Shown one piece after another: positions 57,041 through 64,000 of a DNA stretch of 64,000 nucleotides (the first letter of the stretch is position 1; each line of letters begins with the position of its first letter). The position numbers and the translations under genes are program-made. The stretch covers positions 326,111 to 390,110 of the forward strand of contig JBAZZB010000001.1 in NCBI GenBank assembly GCA_041659045.1, written 5' to 3'. The DNA comes from Patescibacteria group bacterium (GTDB lineage: Bacteria > Patescibacteriota > Patescibacteriia > SG8-24 > DYFX01). A model generated the notes under the pieces. It was not told where the DNA came from and made no database searches. It saw only the letters and a program-made list of their open reading frames with translations.

Positions 57041-58498
57041 CTATCCAGCATAATTCCGGATCGCATCCATGAAGGTTTCGCCAAACATTTCCAGTTTTTT
57101 CTGACCAACACCACTGATGGCCGCGAATTCCTCGCGGTTACCGGGTCGCGAAGCCGCCATCTGCTTTAAACTCACGTCCCCGAAGATCATGTAGGGCGGC
57201 ACGTGCTGCGCATAGGCAAGACGCTTACGAAGCGCTCGCAGATGTTCGAAAAGCGCAGTATCGGGGGAGAGTTTAACAGGAGCGGCTTTGGGTCGAAGTT
57301 CCTCACGCGCCACCGTACCGAGGCAGACGTCGCAACCTTCACACGACACCGAGGCGCGCGTTTCGCCAAAGTAGCTGAGCAGATAGCTCCGACGGCACTG
57401 GCGTAGTTCGCCGTACCGCATGACGGACTCAAGCTTCTGTCGCGCTTGATCGCGCTGTGGGCCGTCGTCCATGACGTTGATAAAGTACATCTGCTTACGC
57501 TTGTCGGCGTACGAAAAAAACAGCACGCACTCTGAGGGCAGGCCGTCGCGTCCGGCGCGTCCGGTTTCTTGATAGTAGCCTTCAACCGATTTCGGTAGAT
57601 CGCAATGCGCCACGAGACGCACGTCCGGTTTGTCGATGCCCATACCGAAGGCGATCGTCGCGACGACAATGTCCAGATCGTCGGAGATGAAACGTTCCTG
57701 AGTGCGCGAACGGATATCTTGCGAGAGTCCGGCGTGATAGGCCCCGGCTTTGAATCCTCGCTTTCGCAGCTCCAGCGCGAGTGCCTCCGTATCTTTGCGC
57801 GAGAAGCAATAGAGAATCGCGCTCTCACCGCGATACTTTTCCAGCAAGGCAAAGAGCGATGCCGAACCTTTTTTCTTCGGCACGACGGAGTACGTCAAAT
57901 TCGGCCGATTGAAACTCGAAATGAACACGCGTGGAGAACGCAGATGCAGCTGGCGAATAATGTCGGCGCGAACGTGTTCCGTAGCCGTCGCGGTGAGCGC
58001 GATAGTCGGCACGTTCGGGAACTCCATTCGGAGGATTTTCAGGTTCGCATATTCGGGACGGAAGTCGTGGCCCCACTCCGAAATACAATGCGCCTCGTCG
58101 ATCGCGAGGAGCTTCACGTCGAGCGTCGAGAGAAACTGCCGAAACTCCGGCATCGACAGACGCTCCGGCGCGATATAGAGCAAGCGCAACTTTCCCGCTT
58201 GCGCGTTTTTCATGACGTTCGCGATTTCGGAAGCGGAGATCGAGCTGTTGAGATAGGCTGCCGGGATACCGTTCGTCGTCAGCTGATCAACCTGATCTTT
58301 CATGAGCGCAATGAGCGGAGAGACGACGATCGTGAGGCCGCCCGCAAGAAGCGCCGGCATCTGGAAACACAACGATTTGCCGCCGCCGGTTGGCATCAAT
58401 GCGACGCAGTCTTTCCCTTCCATGACGTGGCGAATGATCTCTTCCTGGAGCGGCCGGAAGCGGTCGTAGCCGAAATGTCGTTTGAGCGTTTCCAACAT
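57041..58498 (-). CDS. recQ: ATP-dependent DNA helicase RecQ
   Basis: FGYDRFRPLQEEII, MPTGGGKSLCFQ, DEAH and a C4 zinc-binding RQC region. Confidence 0.9.
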   Translation of the reverse strand: MLETLKRHFGYDRFRPLQEEIIRHVMEGKDCVALMPTGGGKSLCFQMPALLAGGLTIVVSPLIALMKDQVDQLTTNGIPAAYLNSSISASEIANVMKNAQAGKLRLLYIAPERLSMPEFRQFLSTLDVKLLAIDEAHCISEWGHDFRPEYANLKILRMEFPNVPTIALTATATEHVRADIIRQLHLRSPRVFISSFNRPNLTYSVVPKKKGSASLFALLEKYRGESAILYCFSRKDTEALALELRKRGFKAGAYHAGLSQDIRSRTQERFISDDLDIVVATIAFGMGIDKPDVRLVAHCDLPKSVEGYYQETGRAGRDGLPSECVLFFSYADKRKQMYFINVMDDGPQRDQARQKLESVMRYGELRQCRRSYLLSYFGETRASVSCEGCDVCLGTVAREELRPKAAPVKLSPDTALFEHLRALRKRLAYAQHVPPYMIFGDVSLKQMAASRPGNREEFAAISGVGQKKLEMFGETFMDAIRNYAG

Positions 58499-58560
58499 GC
58501 GTGTTCGATTATGAACGATGTCGCCGCTCTACCTAAACTTCCACGCGGGACGCAAGACCC

Positions 58561-59334
58561 CTATTGCCGCATGCCGATACCCTTGTGAAGCAACGTGAGG
58601 TTCGTGATGATCAGGCCAGCGGTCACGACCAAGAGCAAGAGCGCACTCTGCCAGACGGGAATCGCCGAGATGCCGAAGAATCCATAGCGGAAACCGTCGA
58701 CCATGTAGAGAATCGGGTTGAACTTCGAAACGGTCTGCCAAAACGGCGGAAGCTGAGCGATGGAGTAGAAGACGCCGCCGAGATACGTGAGCGGTACGAG
58801 CACGAACGTCGAGAAGATACTGATGTCGTCGAACTTCTTGGCGAAGATTGAGTTGAGGAACCCGGCAAGGGCGAAGAGCGTGCTGGTCAGAAGCAGAAAC
58901 AAGAACACGGCCCACGGATGCGCCACGGTCGGTCGCGCGAAGACGAATGAAACCAAGAAGACGAGGAATCCTGTGACAACGCCGCGCACGATGCCTCCGC
59001 TTGTGAAGCCAGCGAGCACGACCCAGTTCGGCGTCGGTGAAACCATGATCTCTTCAACGTTGCGCATAAACTTCGCGCTGAAGAATGAGCTCACGACGTT
59101 GCCGAAACTATTCTGGATTACCGCCATCATCACGAGACCGGGAATGATGAACGACATGTACGGCACGCCTTCGACCAAACCGACGCGTGAGCCGATGAAC
59201 GCGCCGAAGATCAGGAAGTACAACGATTGCGTGATGAGCGGAGGGAGCAGCGTCTGCGACCAGATACGGAAGATACGGTTCGTTTCCTTCCGCACGATCG
59301 TGAGGTAGGCATTGAGAGGAATATTGTTCGGCAT
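58561..59334 (-). CDS. ABC-2 type transporter permease
   Basis: Six TM helices. Start at MPNNIPLNAY, one base after the ATPase stop. Confidence 0.75.
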   Translation of the reverse strand: MPNNIPLNAYLTIVRKETNRIFRIWSQTLLPPLITQSLYFLIFGAFIGSRVGLVEGVPYMSFIIPGLVMMAVIQNSFGNVVSSFFSAKFMRNVEEIMVSPTPNWVVLAGFTSGGIVRGVVTGFLVFLVSFVFARPTVAHPWAVFLFLLLTSTLFALAGFLNSIFAKKFDDISIFSTFVLVPLTYLGGVFYSIAQLPPFWQTVSKFNPILYMVDGFRYGFFGISAIPVWQSALLLLVVTAGLIITNLTLLHKGIGMRQ

Positions 59335-59335
59335 A

Positions 59336-60247
59336 CTACTTGGCGAGCGTTGAAAGATACAGCTCTTCGACGCGATTTTCCGCGTGCGAAACATCGAGCA
59401 CGCGCAAGCCGGCGCCGTGCACGCGTTCAAAGAGCGCGTCGAGTGTTTCGTCTGAACGGAGCGTGAAGACCGCGACCGCGGCGTTCACTTCGTCGGCAGC
59501 GAGCGCTTTCGTTTGCGCGTCATTGGGTGCCGAAGAAAGCGTCAGGCGGTATCGGCGGCCATCCGACTCAGCCAAAAGACCATGAACGGAACCGGACTTC
59601 ACGACCACGCCACGCTGGATGATCGTCATGTTGCGACAGAGCTGCTCGACTTCTTCGAGGTAGTGCGTCGTGAGAAGAATCGTCATACCCTCCGCGTTGA
59701 GCTTACGAAGGTAGTCCCACATGCCACGACGGAGCTCTACGTCGACGCCCGCCGTCGGCTCGTCGAGAATCAGGAGTTTTGGCTCGTGCACCAACGCGCG
59801 CGCGATCATCAAGCGGCGTTTCATGCCGCCGGAAAGCGTACGCGAGGCCACGTCGCGCTTGTCCCACAAACCGAGGTCTTTAAGGAGTACGTCGGCGCGC
59901 GCTTCCGCGTCTTTGCGCGACATGCCGTAATAGCCACCTTGCGTCACAACAATATCGCGCACATTCTCGAAGATGCTGAAGTTGAATTCTTGCGGTACCA
60001 CGCCGATTTTGGCTTTGGCGGCGTCCAGATCTTTCTCGTGATCGATGCCGAACACGAAAACTTCACCTGCCGTTTTTGTAACGAGGCTGACGAGAATATT
60101 GATGAGTGTCGTCTTCCCCGCACCGTTCGCGCCCAAGAGCGCGAAGAAGTCCCCTTCTGCCACGGTCAGATCGACGCCGGAAAGCGCAACCGTGCCACCG
60201 GCGTAGGTTTTACGCAGTCCAGTGATCTTCAATGCGTCCATAGTCAT
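59336..60247 (-). CDS. ABC transporter ATP-binding protein (exporter type)
   Basis: GANGAGKTT Walker A and LSGGMKRR signature. Confidence 0.9.
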   Translation of the reverse strand: MTMDALKITGLRKTYAGGTVALSGVDLTVAEGDFFALLGANGAGKTTLINILVSLVTKTAGEVFVFGIDHEKDLDAAKAKIGVVPQEFNFSIFENVRDIVVTQGGYYGMSRKDAEARADVLLKDLGLWDKRDVASRTLSGGMKRRLMIARALVHEPKLLILDEPTAGVDVELRRGMWDYLRKLNAEGMTILLTTHYLEEVEQLCRNMTIIQRGVVVKSGSVHGLLAESDGRRYRLTLSSAPNDAQTKALAADEVNAAVAVFTLRSDETLDALFERVHGAGLRVLDVSHAENRVEELYLSTLAK

Positions 60248-60874
60248 TTAGCCCTGCTTGGCCTTGGCGTACGCCGGGCGTTCGGCACAGCGCGCCATCC
60301 ACGCCATGATCGACGGATAGCTGGAGAGATCAACCTTGCCGGCTTCGGCGTAGCCAAACGAGGTGCGCGTGATGATGTCTGCGACCGTAAAATCTTCACC
60401 AACGACAAACGTGTGGTTTTTCAGCCATCCTTCAAACACCGGTAGCGAACGAGCGAGCGTTTCGTCAGCTTTCTTGAGCGCCTCTTCCTCAACCTGCATG
60501 CCCCACGCTTTGAGTGCGTGCGCCGTGAGGTGCTTGTCGATATTGAGCAAAACGTACAGCTCCCAGCGAAGAAGCGTCGCGTGAGATTCGGGAGTCATCG
60601 GTCCGAAGAACGACGGATCGTGCTTCTCGGCCAAATAATGAACCATCGCGGCTGATTCGGTCAGAACGAAACCATCGTAGACCATCGCGGGAACCTGTCC
60701 GGCCGGGTTGATCGCCAAATAATCCGGCGACTTGTGTTCACCCTTGGACATATCGACTTCCTTCGCTTCGTAGGAAAGGCCGAGTTCAGCGAGCATCCAG
60801 TGCGGGCGGAATGAGGAGCCGCCGCGCGGTCCGTACAATGTAATAGAAGGCATGTAAATGTAGTGATGAATCAT
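60248..60874 (-). CDS. Glutathione S-transferase family protein
   Basis: A thioredoxin-like N-domain (ITLYGPRGGSSFRPHWML) and an alpha-helical C-domain. Confidence 0.7.
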   Translation of the reverse strand: MIHHYIYMPSITLYGPRGGSSFRPHWMLAELGLSYEAKEVDMSKGEHKSPDYLAINPAGQVPAMVYDGFVLTESAAMVHYLAEKHDPSFFGPMTPESHATLLRWELYVLLNIDKHLTAHALKAWGMQVEEEALKKADETLARSLPVFEGWLKNHTFVVGEDFTVADIITRTSFGYAEAGKVDLSSYPSIMAWMARCAERPAYAKAKQG

Positions 60875-60944
60875 CTTGCAGCTCGCTTATGATACTCGCC
60901 GCCGAGCGTCGCGTCCAGGCGACGGAGTCTCCTTGCGTAGCTAC

Positions 60945-60970
60945 AAAAAAAAGCGCCCACTAGCGGGCGC
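60945..60970 (-). terminator. Intrinsic terminator overlapping the stop of the 60960 gene
   Basis: Minus strand reads GCGCCCgctagtGGGCGC followed by TTTTTTTT. Confidence 0.6.
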
Positions 60971-61661
60971 GTACGATGTCCGAGAGCGCGCGCACGCGCA
61001 CCGGATCGAGTTCTGTGTGCGAGAAGCTGACGCCCGTCGCCACGAGAACGCAGTCGACGTAGTCGAGGTACACGTCCACGTTCTCGGGAGTCATACCACT
61101 CGCAATCGCGAGCGGCTTGTCCCCGATTGCGCCGCGCATCGCCTCGATCTTAGCGATTGAAGGTGGCTGCCCGGTCGCCTCACCGCTGGTCGTCAGCACG
61201 TCCATGTAGGGCACGGCCATGCACGCCTCCAACGCCGGATCCCCCGCTTGCGGCTGATACTTGAAGGCCACGCCTCCGAAGTGCACGCCGCGCCACGAGG
61301 AGTTGCGGTCATGCGCCCGCACGATCGCGCGAGCTTCGCGCGTGGGGTCATCGCTCGAGAGATCGATGCCTCCTCGATCGAACCAGAGCCCGGACACGTC
61401 CGAAGGCACGTGGCGGAGCGTCTCCATTGGCGCAAGATCGAGCGCGTTCACACCAAGCCACCAATCCAGATGTGCGATGCGCGCCCGCCGATAGACGGCG
61501 AGTAGCCCAAGCACGTCGATGTTGTGGTTGATGAGAAACACGCCGTGCGCACCGTTGTCGCGCGCGTGCGCGACGTTTCGAAGTGTTTGCGCTTCGTTCT
61601 CGACGTGCACGACAGCGAGAAACACCTTGTGGTGGCCTCGAAAGGCTTCACGAAAGTCCAT
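60960..61661 (-). CDS. Hypothetical TIM-barrel-like protein, possibly BtpA/SgcQ family
   Basis: 233 aa with VLTTSGEATG and IASGMTPENV Gly-rich phosphate-binding-like segments. Confidence 0.4.
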   Translation of the reverse strand: MDFREAFRGHHKVFLAVVHVENEAQTLRNVAHARDNGAHGVFLINHNIDVLGLLAVYRRARIAHLDWWLGVNALDLAPMETLRHVPSDVSGLWFDRGGIDLSSDDPTREARAIVRAHDRNSSWRGVHFGGVAFKYQPQAGDPALEACMAVPYMDVLTTSGEATGQPPSIAKIEAMRGAIGDKPLAIASGMTPENVDVYLDYVDCVLVATGVSFSHTELDPVRVRALSDIVRAR

Positions 61662-61704
61662 GGGTACCTCCTATTGGTAGTCCATCGCGTTCTCTCGAGA
61701 TTGT

Positions 61705-61730
61705 CAATCAACAAGAAACCCCTCCGTATG
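61705..61730. terminator. Strong hairpin after the surface-protein gene
   Basis: gaaacccctcc-gtat-ggaggggtttc: an 11-bp perfect stem with only a weak T tract. Confidence 0.4.
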
Positions 61731-61780
61731 GAGGGGTTTCTTCGTTCAGCACCCTTTAGGAACCCAGTCGAGACGAGCTC

Positions 61781-64000
61781 TTACGAGCGGGTCATCGTCT
61801 GCGTATCCGATGGGAGGATCTTGACGTAGCGACCATTCATCCAGTCGTTCGAACCAGCACCGTCAGCAGACATATCCGTATCAACCGTATCGGAGTGCGG
61901 AATCGAGCTGTTGTCGGACCAGATGAAGTTGTGTTCGATCTCACCACTTCCATCGAGGTCATCGATAGAGAGATAGGCCGTGTTGGGGAAGGTGAAGGGC
62001 ACTCCGCGATCAAGTTCACCAGTGATCAGCGTTGTGTCGCCAAGCAGCGAAGTGCTGATGGATTCGCCAGACGTATCGGCGCCAGCAACCGTCACGAGTA
62101 CTTCATACGACTTCGAAGCGCCAGCGGCGATCGTCTGTTCGTCGGTGAAGGTGACGCGGAGGGTGCAGGTCGCAGACGTGACCGCAACGCAGCTGCCGAT
62201 GTCAGAGACGCCGGCAATGTTCGAGCCCTGGCCGACTTCGCGAATCATCGAGTCGGAAACTGTCGTAGTGGCCGACATATCGGTACCACCAGCGTCGTTC
62301 AAGCTGAGACTGAAAGTCAGCTTCTTGAACGAGACCTGCTGTGCAGCATCAGCCGTGATCGTGAAGTGCGAGATGACCTGCGATCCGTTCGACAAGGTCG
62401 AGGTCGGCAACGAAGCGTTGATGAACGTCGGCTTGGTCTTGCGCAGAATCTTCGTGCGAGCCGTAATATCGCCGCTGTCACCGGTCGTATCGAGCGTGCT
62501 CGATCCGGCAGACGTACCGCGGACTTCGTAGGTACCAGTGTCACCGGTGCAATCACCAGCACCAGAACCGTCGCACAGGATGACGGCCAGGTTCGCACCA
62601 GAGACCGTTCCGGACGGACCAACCGAGCTCAACTGAGCTTTCACGGTGAGGACCTTGGAGGAGTCTTTGGGGACGACGAGGGCGAAGCTCGAGAAGTCAG
62701 CAGTACCACTCGAAGACACCGAGACTGGGCCAGCGATCAACGTTGAGCCTTCATACAAGCTCATGCTTTGAAGGGCCGCTTCGGAACCAGACTGCACCAT
62801 GTCCATGCGCACTTTCGTGAGCTTGAGGTCTTCGGTCTGAGCCGTGAAGCGGTACTTGGCGAGGACGGCGGTCGTTCCGCCAATCACCAAACCGGCTTCC
62901 GATTCAACGTCATCCGGCGCGAGCGCGTAGGTCATGGCGCCGCTCGACGAGATGGTCATGCGCGGCGAAACGTCTCCGCCCGATACCGTGAGGGAGTTCC
63001 CTTCCATATCCTGTGCGGTGGTATCCGAGCTGCTAAAGGCGAAAGCAATGATGTCGTTCAGGTTCGCGATCGAACCGGAAAGAGTACCGACAACGTCCAG
63101 CGTGATCGTCTGACCGGCCAGGATTGTCAAGTTCATGTTCGAGAACTGGAGGAGACCGCCGCTGTTGGTGGGGCAGCCAGCAATCGAAGTCGTCGGGCTC
63201 TTGATGTCACCCACCTGGGTGGTTCCGTTCATGAGCTTGGCGGTGAGAAGGATGTCGGTCGAGAACTTGTCTGCGGAACCCGATTCAGTGCCGTCTTCGC
63301 AGCCATCGTAGATATCACCGTCGCTGTTCGCGTCGACACGCATCTGGACAGTCATCGCAGTGACCTTCACGTCAGAGCCCTGGCCAGCCTTGAGGTTGAT
63401 ACCGGCGAGCGAGACGTTCTGGGAACCCTGGATGAAGGTCTGCGCAACCGGCGTCGAAGCGGCCGAAACCGTGAGCGACGCGGAGCGGACCGTCATGGCG
63501 TTACCAGTGATGGTCGAGGACGGGACGATGGTCGACGTCGCGACGTAGGTCGAGTTGTCGAGGTTGCGGATGTCGGAAGCGCCGAAGGCCGTGAGGTCGA
63601 CGCGGACCGTGTCACCATTAAGGATGGAGTTGTTGGCAACATCGAGCGTCACCTTGAAGGTGCGGGCCTGGCCAGCAGCAAGCGTAAAAACGTCCGTATA
63701 CACAAGAGCTTGCGTCGTGTCGCTTGCTGGGAGCAGCGAGACATCTTTCGGGCCGGCAACGACGGCGGAGGTTGCCGTGTCGATCACTTTGATGTCGGTG
63801 TAGTTGGCAATATCAGCGACATCCTGGTAAAGACCGCCGACATCGTTGATATCGTTCGCCGTAATTGCAAGGCGCAAGTTGCGAACTTCGACGTTGGACT
63901 GCGAGGCGAGGGTGAAGTTCAAGACTTCCTTGTCCTTGCCGTTGGTCGCAATGTCGGTCGCGGCCGGGCCGTTGAAGGTGATCGTGATCTGACCGCCTTC
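61781..64000 (-). CDS. Very large Ser/Thr/Gly/Ala/Val-rich repetitive beta-rich surface protein (partial; the N-terminus is beyond the window)
   Basis: The open frame runs to the window edge. The listed M is a TTG, not a true start. There is no enzymatic motif, and the repeats look Ig-like or adhesin-like. Confidence 0.7.
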   Translation of the reverse strand, partial: EGGQITITFNGPAATDIATNGKDKEVLNFTLASQSNVEVRNLRLAITANDINDVGGLYQDVADIANYTDIKVIDTATSAVVAGPKDVSLLPASDTTQALVYTDVFTLAAGQARTFKVTLDVANNSILNGDTVRVDLTAFGASDIRNLDNSTYVATSTIVPSSTITGNAMTVRSASLTVSAASTPVAQTFIQGSQNVSLAGINLKAGQGSDVKVTAMTVQMRVDANSDGDIYDGCEDGTESGSADKFSTDILLTAKLMNGTTQVGDIKSPTTSIAGCPTNSGGLLQFSNMNLTILAGQTITLDVVGTLSGSIANLNDIIAFAFSSSDTTAQDMEGNSLTVSGGDVSPRMTISSSGAMTYALAPDDVESEAGLVIGGTTAVLAKYRFTAQTEDLKLTKVRMDMVQSGSEAALQSMSLYEGSTLIAGPVSVSSSGTADFSSFALVVPKDSSKVLTVKAQLSSVGPSGTVSGANLAVILCDGSGAGDCTGDTGTYEVRGTSAGSSTLDTTGDSGDITARTKILRKTKPTFINASLPTSTLSNGSQVISHFTITADAAQQVSFKKLTFSLSLNDAGGTDMSATTTVSDSMIREVGQGSNIAGVSDIGSCVAVTSATCTLRVTFTDEQTIAAGASKSYEVLVTVAGADTSGESISTSLLGDTTLITGELDRGVPFTFPNTAYLSIDDLDGSGEIEHNFIWSDNSSIPHSDTVDTDMSADGAGSNDWMNGRYVKILPSDTQTMTRS

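Noticed and set aside
58499-58530. A GTTC-N6-GAAC dyad just upstream of recQ as a second LexA site.
   Set aside because: It has a different architecture from the GTTC-N7-GTTC repeats at lexA, and it overlaps the region of the ribosome-binding site. It is more likely coincidental.

Overview
This is a densely packed bacterial chromosomal segment of roughly 55-58% GC. Most genes lie on the minus strand and many start and stop codons overlap or abut. The gene content and style (many single-domain genes, a short ATP synthase delta, no tRNA or rRNA, a giant S/T-rich surface protein) resemble a streamlined, possibly Patescibacteria/CPR-like genome, but that assignment is inference only.

Content is mostly housekeeping:
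- Translation and cell shape: serS (partial), lysS, greA, mrdA/PBP2 and mreBCD.
- DNA metabolism: a UvrD-family helicase fused to a Cas4/AddB-type nuclease, next to a DciA-like gene, plus recQ.
- Energy: a complete F1Fo ATP synthase operon, atpB-E-F-H-A-G-D-C.
- A long co-directional cluster: tatD, cvpA, metG, an M15 peptidase, rsmI, add, thiI, cca and a Ser/Thr kinase.
- Stress and repair: lexA, sodA, a 2-Cys peroxiredoxin, suhB, ogt, a frameshifted bcp and pcd.
- Other: rlmI, nrdBA, msrA, two ABC-F ATPases, an M23 peptidase, a second greA, yibE/F, an ABC exporter and a GST.

The most interesting locus is 12290-16541. Directly downstream of the atp operon terminator sit a small 2-TM membrane protein gene, then two paralogous ~345-aa proteins with beta-carbonic-anhydrase-like metal-site motifs (CxDxR ... 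HxxCxG), then a SulP/STAS transporter. One paralog is compositionally atypical (GC3-rich). Each unit has its own TTGAC(A/G)-17-TAnnnT promoter and a hairpin/T-run terminator.

Other points worth a second look:
- Several single-gene GC3-rich islands.
- A CheY-like pseudo-receiver.
- A GTTC-N7-GTTC LexA-type operator pair upstream of lexA.
- Tandem NrdR-type boxes upstream of nrdBA.
- A perfect 30-bp palindrome after metG.
- A 644-aa coiled-coil protein with an internal repeat.

No CRISPR array, transposase, integrase, rRNA or tRNA was recognisable. The ORF track uses ATG, GTG and TTG starts and reports longest ORFs, so several true starts are internal. Coordinates below reflect my best choice of start.
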